From: Rebecca billardiae RCC1528
Lineage: Eukaryota; Protista; Haptophyta
Length of the DNA: 64,000 nt
NCBI GenBank assembly: GCA_965240325.2
Contig: OZ251224.1
Location: 992,001-1,056,000 of the forward strand
Direction: 5' to 3'
The notes beneath the pieces were generated by a model. The model was given only the letters and a program-made list of their open reading frames with translations. It had not been told where the DNA came from and searched no databases. This document shows, one piece after another, positions 10,792 through 21,214 of this stretch. Each line of letters begins with the position of its first letter. Within the stretch, counting starts at the first letter, position 1. Both the position numbers and the translations under genes were made by a program.

Positions 10792-11900
10792 CAAGGGAGT
10801 CAAGGGTGCCCGCGCCCCAGTGGCGCGCTCGGCGGATGTTGGGATACACCTTTTTGCCCGCGGCCCTGCGGCGGCGGCGGCGGTGGCGTGCTCCGCTGGC
10901 GGGGCGAGCGCACGGGGCACGGCGCTGCGGGCGCGGATGTGCCCGCGAAGCCGGCGCGTGCGGACGGGCTGTTGCGGGAGAGCATCTGGCGCCCTCCTGC
11001 GACGCGCGACTTGCGCCACGCCTCTTTCGCCTCGGCTCAGAGCAGCGCGCACGCACGCGCCGCCTCAAGGCCAGCCTTGCCGCGCCGCAGCCGACCGCGC
11101 GCGCGCCGTGCGCGGCGTGGTCGGGAAGGAACGGGCGCTGCTGCCGGGCGAGATGGCGACGTCATAGGCGCACGCCATGCCGCCCCGCCACGCCTTGACG
11201 AGAGTGTCGTCGGTCCGTTTGCACGCCTTTTCGACTTGTCACAAATGGTGTGCACTGCCTCGCGGTCGTGACCGTTGTCGGGACGATCATTGAGACACAG
11301 AACAGTGCCAGACGGGCACGCGGGCTACTCTTACATGAATGTTCATCACCGCGTGGTCATGTAGAAGTGCTGGGTGCGACGCTTTCCTCGCGCTGATGCT
11401 CTTTCATCATCTTCTTCGAGCTCAGGTCTGGCTTCAGGCACGGCAAGAAATCAGCACTCGTCAACAGCTGTGCGGATCCGTTCTCGTGCTCTTTCGCGGC
11501 GCCGCGGGGCGGCATGGCGTGCGCCCATGATGTCGCCATCTCGCCCGGCAGCAGCGCCCGTTCCTTCCCGACCACGCCGCGCACGGCGCGCGCGCGGTCG
11601 GCTGCGGCGCGGCAAGGCTGGCCTTGAGGCGGCGCGTGCGTGCGCGCTGCTCTGAGCCGAGGCGAAAGAGGCGTGGCGCAAGTCGCGCGTCGCAGGAGGG
11701 CGCCTGATACTCTCCCGCAACAGCCCGTCCGCACGCGCCGGCTTCGCGGGCACATCCGCGCCCGCAGCGCCGTGCCCCGTGCGCTCGCCCCGCCAGCGGA
11801 GCACGCCACCGCCGCCGCCGCCGCAGGGCCGCGGGCAAAAAGGTGTATCCCAACATCCGCCGAGCGCGCCACTGGGGCGCGGGCACCCTTGACTCCCTTG
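10792..11900. mobile_element. Foldback/non-autonomous TIR element with 397-bp TIRs and 7-bp TSD GCTGTAG
   Basis: 10792-11188 is the reverse complement of 11504-11900 (about 4 mismatches seen). Termini CAAGGGAGTC...GACTCCCTTG. GCTGTAG lies at 10785-10791 and 11901-11907. Confidence 0.9.
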
Positions 11901-12029
11901 GCTGTAGACTGATGAACAATCCGGATCCACGGTTACACGGCGAGCTGAGCTCGGCAACTGCCCCACGATGGAGGTCTGAGGGGAGGGGCCCTTTGAAGCT
12001 GTGTCGGGAGCGCTTGGCCAAGGAGGAGG

Positions 12030-15000
12030 ATGGGCGAGCGCCATCACATTCAGGACGTGGGCCGCATCCTGCTGCAGGCGCAGCGCGATGTCGCCCAGCT
12101 GCGCTCGTCCATCGCCCGTGACGATGGCGGCTCGGACGCGGACGCCAAGCAGCAGGCGCTGGTGCAGGTGATGGAGAAGGTCGAGCACAGCCTCAAGCTC
12201 AAGTCGGATGCGGTGCTCAGCACGTCGATGGGCTACGCGGTCGCGGCGCTGCCCGCGCTCGACGACGCGAACTTCCGCGCGGGCGCCCCGCGCCCCGCGG
12301 ACGGCGCCGCACCGCGCAACCTGCTCGACCCGTCGCGGCGAGCGCGGCCGCCGCCGCGGCGGCCGAGCTCGGGCGAGCGCGGCGTGCGCATGCTCCCACC
12401 GGCGACGGTGAAGGGGCAGCTGCAGGCGCACCGGACGCAGAAGGCGTTCGACGACCCGACGTCCGCCGTCGGCCGCCAGGTGCTCGAGGAGCAGTTCGGC
12501 ATCCCGAGGGCGTCCTCACAGCCTCGGCGCGCGCGCTCGGCCACGCGGCTGCCGAAAGGGCAGCTCGCGCTGTCCAAGACGACGCAGCCGGCGGGTGTGG
12601 TCGAGCGCGAGGCGCGGACCAACCCGCAGGCGCCGCCGCCGCCGATCCGGCCCGAGGACGTCTCGAGGGGCCTGCTCAGCATGGTCAACCGCGGCCTCAT
12701 CCCCGGCCACGCCGACATGACGCCCGCGATCGCTCGCGTGCCCGCGCCGGCGATGCAGGCGCCCGCCCGGATGCACTCGTTCGACGAGAAGTTCGACAAG
12801 CACTCGGGGCCGGCGTACACGTCGCCGTTCGGCTTCAACGCGGCGAACGTGCGGCTCGACCTGCTCACCGGCGTCGGCGAGTCTCTGCGCGCGCGAGAGC
12901 TCCGCGAGGCGCGCGAGGAGGCGGAGGCGCTCGCGCGCGGCGAGGTGGCGCCGAGTGCGGTCGCGGTCGTGAACGCAGGCGAGAGCCTGCCGATGCCTGC
13001 GCCGGGCGGCGGGGAGGCGGGCGCCGAGGCGGCGGGGGCGGGCGCGGCGTTCACGGGGGACGCGCGCGGCTTCGAGGAGCTGATGGACACGTTCAGCCTG
13101 CACCACTTCATCATCCGCCGCGGCGAGCTCCTCGACGACACGCCCGAGTTTGTCTCGTACCAGCGCAAGAACCAGGAGCGGTGGGGCGCGCTGCTCGAGG
13201 TGATCAACGGGCTGAAGGAGCTGATGGCGGAGTACGCGGTGCCGCTGGCGTACGTGGACGGGAAGCGGGTGATCGACCTCGCGATGGACGCGCTCGGCAC
13301 GCGCAGCGAGCGCGAGCTGCTCGGCTGCCTCGTCAACGCCGAGCAGGTGGAGGCGCACATGCGCCAGCCGGGCGCGCGGTACCGCGGCACGCGCGCGCGC
13401 GCGGCCAACGCGGCCGCGACGCTCATCCAGGCGGAGGCGCGGCGGCGGCACGTGGCGAAGCACTTCGCGTTCCTGCGCGCGCAGCAGGCGGCGGCGTTTA
13501 CGATCGCGCGCGGCTGGCGCTTCTTCTGCGACCGCACCGCGACGCGCAAGGCGATCTCGGAGCGGCGCGCGCGCGAGCAGGCGGCGTGGGAGGCGATGAC
13601 CGCGCAGTTCTGGCGCGAGTGGCCGCGCATCCGCAGGTCGAAGCGCGTGCTGATCCACCTGCCGTCGCTGTCGTACTCGGAGCGGCAGCGCCGCACGATC
13701 GGGAACATCGACGTGCGGCAGAACGCGCAGATGCCGCGGCTGTGCGACGTGCGCGACCCCAACGTCGAGATCGTGTACGTGGCGCCGTTCCCGCTCAACG
13801 AGGAGACGCTCTCCTACTTCCAGAAGGTGCTGCAGATCGGCGGCGTGCAGCAGCCGGACAAGCGCTTCCGCGTGGTCGTGCCGGAGAACTACCACCGGTT
13901 CCCCGCGACGTACTCGCTCGCGACGCTGCTGTACTACTCGCCGCGCGCGCTGCGGCGCATCGCCAACTTCTGCCGCGCGAAGGAGGCGTACATCGTGCCC
14001 AACGTGGTCGGGCTGGACGAGCTGCGCCTCTCGATGCGGCTGGCGGTGCCGCTGCTCGCGACCGAGCCGCGCATCGCCGCGATCTACTCGACCAAGTCGG
14101 GCTCGAAGCGGATCTTCCAGTCGGCGCAGGTGAACGTGCCGCCGGGCGCGCACGACCTGTACGACGAGGACGACCTGATCGGCTCGCTCGCCCACCTGAT
14201 CGCGCACAACCTCGACGTGCCCAAGTGGGTCTTCAAGGTGGACGACGAGTTTGGCGGCCGCGGCCACGCGCACTTCCTCGCCGCCGACCTGCCCTCGTAC
14301 GCGCAGCTGCTGCGGCGGTACGACACGGACCCGCGCGCGTGGTCAGAGGACGCGGTGCAGAAGGTGGTGCAGGAGCTCATCGCCTCCGAGCTCGAGGAGA
14401 CGCTGCCCTTCAAGGTGCGCCGCGCACGGCCGCGCCCACGCGCGCGCGCCGCGGCGGCGCGACCTCGAGCTGCCGCGCCTCGCGCCGCCGTGGGCGCGGC
14501 CCCTCCCTCGCTCAGCCCCGCCCCGCGCACACCGCCGCGCGCCGCGTCGCCGCGCAGACGGTGATCGCGTCCAAGTGGCTGTTCAGCTCGTGGGTCGAGT
14601 TCATGGCTGCCTTCTCGCGCTCCGGCGGCGTGATCGAGGCGTCGCCGCTCGAGGTGCGTCCGCTGCCCCCGGGCGCGCCATCTCTTGCCTCGCGCCCGCT
14701 CGCCCGCTCGCCCGCTGGCCGAGACCGCTCCCTCACGCGCGTGTGCCGCCCCGCTGCGCCGCCCGCTGCGCGGCTTCTGGCCGCCGCCGCCGCCGCGGCC
14801 GCCGCGCAGGTGCGAAGTACGCCGTCGGTCAACCTGCTCATCGAGCCGGATGGCACGGTCAGCCTCACCTCGACGCACGAGCAGCTGCTCCGAGGCGACT
14901 ACTCGTTCATCGGCGCGGCGTTCCCGCAGACGTCGGTGCCGCACCCGGCGCTGCGCGACGCCGCGCTCGCCATCGGCCGCGCGTGCTTCGCAAAGTCGAT

Positions 15001-16056
15001 CATCGGGCACGTCGGGGTGGACATGATCGCGTTCGTCGACGAGAAGCGGCTGCTCCGCGTGTGGGCCGTCGACCTCAACCTGCGCCTCACCCAGTCGGCG
15101 CTCACCTTCAACTTCTTCCACTTCCTGATGGACGGCTCGTACGACGACACGACCGGCGTGTACTACGGCAAGCCGCCGCCCGGCCTGTCCGAGGAGGAGA
15201 AGCTCAAGCCGCGCGACCAGGACAGGCGGAGCTACATGATGAACGAGCTGCTGTACCACCCGGAGCTCTCGAACGTGCACCACACCGCCTTCTTCAACAT
15301 CTGCCGGCTCAAGGGCATCTCCTTCGACCTGCAGGTGTGTGTGTGCGCGCGTGCGTGCGCGCCAGGGGCAAGCGCGCGCGTCTCGCGGCCGTGCGCGTGC
15401 GGCCGTGCGCGCGCTCATGCGCCGCCGCCGCCCTCCGGCTGCGCTCGCTCGCCCCGACCCGACCACGCACACGCCGCCGCGCCGCGCAGAACAACACCGG
15501 CACCATCTTCAACCTGCTGGACAGCTTTGCGAGCGGCGTGCTGAGTGTGGTGACGGTCGGGCGCAACCACCTGGAGGCCCTCAAGCTCTTCACCGACTGC
15601 CTCGACTTCCTGCAGAAGGAGATCGGCTCGTCCACCGAGGAGGTGCCGTTTGCCAACGGCTTCGTCGAGACCGGGCTCAAGGACGTGGTCGATAGCGTCA
15701 AGGTGCTCGTCGAGCGGCACAAGAAGTACTCGCGGCCGCCTGGCGCCGCACAGCCGCCGGGCGCGCGCCCTGCGCTGCCGCCCCCGCCAGCGTCAGGCGG
15801 CGGTGGGAAGCCCAGCCCCGAGGGCGAGGCTGGGGCGCGCCCAGCGTCGCACGGCGCGACCGCGGACGCGGAGGCGAACTCGGCGCTCAGTGTGAGTGGC
15901 GCGGGCGCCGAGCTGCAAGCAGTCGGCAGCGCGACCGGCACGCGGACACCGGCGAGTGGGTCAACACAACGCGCGACGAGCGCGGCTGCGGCTGGCAGCG
16001 GTGGCGCGTCCACAGCTAGCAAAGGTGATGCAGGCCGGCGCGGGGCTAGCAAGTGA
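12030..16056 (+). CDS. IQCH: IQ motif-containing protein H homologue (IQ motif + ATP-grasp-like); introns 14415..14557, 14654..14809, 15335..15489
   Basis: ATLIQAEARRRHV IQ motif, RVLIHLPSLS..QNAQMPRLCDVRDPNVEIVYVAPF, KWVFKVDDEFGGRGHA, GGVIEA and PSVNLLIEPDG..STHEQ. Three GT-AG introns join ORFs 12030, 13181 and 14251. Confidence 0.85.
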
Positions 16057-17042
16057 CGAGCTCGCGTTACCAGTGCCTGCTCAGACCTCAGTCATCTACT
16101 GGTGCTCACGCGACTACGCGGCCGGCATGAAACGGCCGTGCCGAGCCCGAGGCTCTGGCTCCGAGTCCGGTTGACCCCTGCCAGTCCGGTCATGAATAGA
16201 AACCGGGCGTACCGAAAATGATCTTCGCATTCCTGCTGCGGCCGGCCGAATAATGAACGCCCGAAGTGTCCCACAGGGCTCCAAGTAGGGTAGTACTAAT
16301 ACTATGATGGATGGCCAATAAGTGCCCAGGGTGTGAAATGACTCACGCGTACACGGTTCAATGTGACTACGACTTTACAGACTGGCTATTTTTCATAGCT
16401 ATTTACCCAGTCCGGTGACACATTTCCAATAGCTACGGGTGCATCCGGATCGCTCCCGGACCGTGTTCTGACCAGAGTCTGAAATGGGTAAATACATAGT
16501 AAAATAGAGTCTGAACTATAGAGGAAGTGCTTGTTGATGGCCCAATATCGCTCTGAAGTCATCATCTACTATCTAGGTAGGCATCCATTGAGCCATTTGA
16601 GGTCCTCCTGTGCAGTTTTCACGAGTGACTTCATGAAGGAGCTCACAGTGCCCGTCTCTGGCAGGGCCGGTCAACCGAAGCCAGAGCCCCGATTGATGCG
16701 CTGAATAATCGGCTGATCGGGCATCGGCTCGTCGACTCGAACTACGCCTACGGAGTACGTACGGCGGTCTAACAGTCTGCCAGACCATTGCAGTCTGCAC
16801 TCCGCTGGTCAACGGCTGATGATTGCTTTGGACTTTTGGAGGACTTGCTGTGATGATGATGCGCAATATGCTGACCGCGAGTAACTTGCGAACCGTGTCG
16901 GTCACTCACGGCCACACGGGCACGGCGTGACAGGCAGTTCACCTCGAGTTCACGGTGCCTCTGCAGCCATCACTGCGTTGCTGCCGCAGGCTCACTTGCT
17001 GCCAGCAGGACGCAGATAGTGAGCAATCACTGAGACCGCTCG

Positions 17043-18347
17043 TCATGCGAGCGGTGGCTCAGGGATCGGCACATCCCGAGACGGAAAGAGCTCGTCGGCG
17101 ACATCGCGCGTCATGACGGATGACATACCCTGCAATGGCAGACAGTCGAACGGCTGCTCAATCTGGATGCCAATCTCCTGTACAGCAGGCAGGGCACACG
17201 CGGAGCGCGGGCGGGCGAGGGGCATGCCGCCGGGTGAGTGCGTGGGCGCGGGGCAAGGTGGCCGTGACGGGCGAGTACGCGCGTGATGGGGAGCGCGCAC
17301 GTCGATCCCAAGCATGACGTACGCGGTTGCCACGACGATGAGCGTCGCCGGCAGGGCGGCCACGCCTCCGCTGACCAGCCCCGCCGGCAGCATGCTCAGC
17401 CAGAGCAGCAGGCCGCGAGAGGTGTGCCGCATGTACGTGGGCGAGAGTGGCGTGGAGAACAGCCGCTCCATCCCGCCAAAGCAGGCGTTGAGCTCGCTGA
17501 TGCACGTGGAGATGCTCAAATCCACCGACTCCTTCAGCTCCAACGGCGCGGTGGCGCGCCGCAACAGCGTGAGGATGGCGAGCGGCGGCTTGCGCGCGCC
17601 GCACACCCACGCAGCCTCGGCGTGCGGCAGCAGCGTGTTCAGCACGACGGGAAGGTCCGGATCATTGCGCAGCTTCGCCTTCATCGCCCAGCCCAGGCTG
17701 CAGAGGAGGCGGCAGTACAGCGCGCGCGTCGCGCTCGGCAGCGCCGGCACGCACGCGACGATGCTCGCCAGGTTGCGCGCATGCAGCACCGCGCGGCCCC
17801 ACTGCGCACGCGCCTCGTTGAAGCGCGCGGTCGCAGCGTTCACGCGGAAGGCGAGCAGCAGCGCGAGCGGCGAGGCGGCCAGCCCGAGCGCGGGCAGCGG
17901 GAGCTTCCACTGCATGCGGCAGACGAGCAGCGTCCACGACGCGAGACAGAGGAGTGCAGGCGTCAGCGAGCGCACCACAGTCGAGCGGTACCAGTAGCTC
18001 AGGTGGCGCAGGTAGCGCCAGTGGTTTGTGTGCTTGGACCAGTCCTCGTGCGTCCACAGCTCGGTGACGGTGGAGTCCTTGCTCACAAGGATGCCCAGGT
18101 CGGTGGCCTTCGAGGTGGCCGTCTCGCTGACAACGCACTGCACGTTCGGCTGGCACGTCAAGTCCAGCACCTGCTCGATGTCTTCGAGCACGGACGACTC
18201 GGGCGTGTGCGCTCGCGTGACAGCCATGTGGAGAGCGCTCGCGTGGCTGACTCGAGGCAAGCGTGTGCGCGGCGTGTCGAAGGAGGCTCGAGCGTGAGGC
18301 GACGCCAGCGCCAGAGCCACCACCATCAGCGCGCGGTGGACGCGCAT
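17043..18347 (-). CDS. Bestrophin-like anion channel (UPF0187/BST type), probably plastid-targeted; intron 17178..17300
   Basis: LLLAFRVNAATARFNEARAQWG, GGMERLFSTPLSPTYMRHTSR and spliced LGID|EIGIQIEQPF. Signal peptide MRVHRALMVVALALASPHARA. Confidence 0.9.
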   Translation of the reverse strand: MRVHRALMVVALALASPHARASFDTPRTRLPRVSHASALHMAVTRAHTPESSVLEDIEQVLDLTCQPNVQCVVSETATSKATDLGILVSKDSTVTELWTHEDWSKHTNHWRYLRHLSYWYRSTVVRSLTPALLCLASWTLLVCRMQWKLPLPALGLAASPLALLLAFRVNAATARFNEARAQWGRAVLHARNLASIVACVPALPSATRALYCRLLCSLGWAMKAKLRNDPDLPVVLNTLLPHAEAAWVCGARKPPLAILTLLRRATAPLELKESVDLSISTCISELNACFGGMERLFSTPLSPTYMRHTSRGLLLWLSMLPAGLVSGGVAALPATLIVVATAYVMLGIDVRAPHHARTRPSRPPCPAPTHSPGGMPLARPRSACALPAVQEIGIQIEQPFDCLPLQGMSSVMTRDVADELFPSRDVPIPEPPLA

Positions 18348-18740
18348 CGTCGCGACACGAGACCGCGTGCACCGCCGACAACGACGGTTCGCGCTCTCTG
18401 ATTCCAGCAGGCCGTGAGGCCGGGTCGATGCTGACTTTCTGAGATCACACTGGGGTTCAGGCGGGTTCCAGCGGTAAAGTATTAGCAGCAGTACTGTCGA
18501 CGCGGCGTCGCTCACAGCGCAGGCAGGTGTTTGGCGTGGCTGCACTCTCGAGGTGGCTGGGATACAACATCCAGGTGCAGCACCCTCCCCGTGTGGTGTC
18601 AGAGCGCGCTCTCGAGCGCGTGCCTCCGAGCGCGGGGCGGCCGCTTGCTGCAATGGCCGCCTCGATGAGGTGCGGCAACGCGCCCCTCACCTGCCTGCGC
18701 CGGTCTGTGTTGTGGCGGTGTCTTTGTGCAGTGTTGGATG

Positions 18741-18945
18741 GCGTTAATCATCACGCCTTAAAACCAAGTGTGCACGTTAAATCATAGCGTAAACTGTACA
18801 GTTTACTAAGAATAAGAGACGCACACAGCTCAGGCAGGCGAGATTGACGCCCGCCAACTGTCACCGCCCATGAAGCCGTCACAGTTTACTAGCTATATAT
18901 GTTTTTAAGTTTTAACGTGCATGCACACTTGGTTAATAAAGGCGA
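18741..18945. mobile_element. Cluster of Tc1/mariner-like terminal fragments (D-end reversed, TA, C-end, D-like)
   Basis: Junction aaactg-TA-cagtttactaag at 18791-18810. The same modules recur at 28537-28650, 30515-30623, 40965-40996, 60936-61050 and 62752-62804. Confidence 0.6.
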
Positions 18946-18956
18946 CAGTGAAGTTA

Positions 18957-20477
18957 AAACTGTGCCCTCAGGCGGGCGGGGGGGTCGGCGGGCCGTGCCA
19001 GTGCTGTCGCAATGTTTCCTCTGCGGGTTCGCGTCTTTCTACAGCATTCGCTCGTGGCCGTGGGTGACGGACAGTCGGACCAGTGACACCTGTGAAGTTC
19101 TCCCACGCGGTGCGGTACGCGTCCGTGCGCATCAGCGAGGCCCACACCCACGAGGAAACGTGCAGCACGCGGGGCGGGGCGGGTAGCCCGTTGCTCCGCG
19201 CAAGCGCGGGTACGCGCTGTATGTGCCGCATCTCGACCGCGATGGCGTAATCGAGCTCCTCGCCGCCGACGAAGCCGCCAGAGTAGATCGTGTGCATGTC
19301 CTCCTGCCGCCAGCCGAGAGCGCTCGTCGCGAGGACGCTTGCCGATGTCCGCTCCGGGCATGATGGGCTCGGCGCAGGTCGCGTTGACATCGTACACGGC
19401 CGCCACGCTGAGCACGAGCGCGTTGACGTTCACGCGGTCGTCGCTCTTCGCCTCTTCGACAGGTCTGGCGTCCGCGTGTTCGGCAGCACGAGGAGCTGTT
19501 GGTTGTGCGCGCGCGCGCGCACAGCAACGGCGTGTGCCACTCGCGATCGAGAGTGGGCACGAGCTACTCATGCAGGAACACGAATTGCAGCGCATGCGTC
19601 ACCGGCGTGACGACGTCCGCCTCGTCCCGCAGCGCCTGCGCCATGGACGAGGATGGCGCGTCGATGTTGCATGCTCGACGATTCATCTCTCTGTGGATGG
19701 CATCACGGGCTTGTCTGTGTCGCGCTGCGGCGAGGGTCGCCAACTCGCGATGACGCGGTTGCTGCCACGGCGACAGACCCGGAAGGTGCGTCCGCTGCGC
19801 GTCGTACGCCGTTGGCGCTGCGCTTCCGTCGCATTGGTCACCGTCGACGCCATGCAGGCCGGACGTGGGCTTTCGGCTGAGGGACCGCGAAGATCTACAG
19901 GAGGTCCGGTGCGCGGATTCCGGCGATCGAGTTCAGAAGGCCGCGCCAAAATCTTGCGTCGCGTGCGATGGCGCTTCCCGCCCGCGAGACACCTCGTGAT
20001 GAGGGCCTTTCCGCACCGAGTTCGACGCGCGGCGGTGGATCGCGCGAGGTGGTTGTCGTGCGCAGCGCTTGATACTATGGCCCATGCGAGCGCTCGACGT
20101 GCAAGTCGGGCGAGGACCGCCCCAGGTCGCACGATCGTGTCGACGCGCCGAGCGTACCTCCAAACGCGTCGACTTTGGCCCTCGTTCGACCTGCACGCGA
20201 GACGACGAGGGCAGCAATCGCGAATCGGGCGAAGACCCCCCTCGGGAGTCATCGCGCGATGTCCGCGCCGGCGTTGGATTTGGCGCGCGCCGCCCACGCG
20301 CTCCGCGCCATGGCCGACCCCTTTTTCGGCCGAGCGTCCCCAGTGGGACTGGGAGCCGCGAGGGCGCCCGGTAGTGAGCAAGACGATTTTCTTTTCTTTG
20401 CGAGGCGATTTTCTTTATTCTTTTCTTTTCTGATCTTTTCCCCGGGCACTACAAGGGGCGGACCTACGGCCCGCCAT
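18957..20477 (-). mobile_element. Family A Helentron-like element, copy 2
   Basis: Same termini (aaactgtgccc... / ...gacctacggcccgccat) and internal sequence as copy 1. Confidence 0.75.
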
Positions 20478-20606
20478 TCAGCGAGCATTTTTCGATTATT
20501 TATTTTTCGAAGTGCAGATCGATCGACGTCGTCGAGACGACGATGATCGTCAGCAGTCATCAGTGCATGTACAGCATCTATAGCTATGCATTAATAAATG
20601 CGAATC

Positions 20607-20733
20607 ATGTATATATACACACACACACACACATAATCTATATATCTATATCTATCTATATATATAGATAGATATCTATATATCTATATATCTATATATC
20701 TATATATAGATAGCTAGCAATATATATAGCTAT
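20607..20733. repeat. (TA)/(CA)/(TATATC) compound microsatellite
   Basis: Directly visible simple repeats. Confidence 0.85.
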
Positions 20734-21214
20734 GACTACTATGCCTAGAGCACGCAGTTCGTATAGGCTACGCCTACTGCCGACGGCGACGCCGTCACCA
20801 CTCACCAGACCTCACCCGTCACCGCCGCTACTACTGTCAGCAGTACTGATCGTCAGATTCCGTAGCAGAGACCGTGGCTACGTGCTGCACGACGACCGAT
20901 CAGCATTGACTATGTAGCTCAGTATAATAACGAGACGCACACGACAGTAGACGAAGTGGGTGCGTGCCGTTCCGGTTGGCGACAGGCGGGATACGCCCAA
21001 GCCCCAACGCATCCGGGACCGCGATGCTGCCGCGAAGTTGACGCGACGACATAAAGTTGTCGTCGTTGTGAGACGAGGAGGACGACGTCGTCACGAGGAC
21101 GACGTCGTCAAACAAAGGCCCCAAAGCAGCGCGTCGCATGCGCGCGGTCGAGCGGCGCAGCAGCGTGCCGATCGGTGGCACCATGCAGGTGCAGCAGTCG
21201 TGGGCATGCTCGCC

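Noticed and set aside
16100-17000. Short ORF 16573..16905 and AT-richer intergenic DNA
   Set aside because: Atypical codon use and no motif; cannot be supported as a gene.
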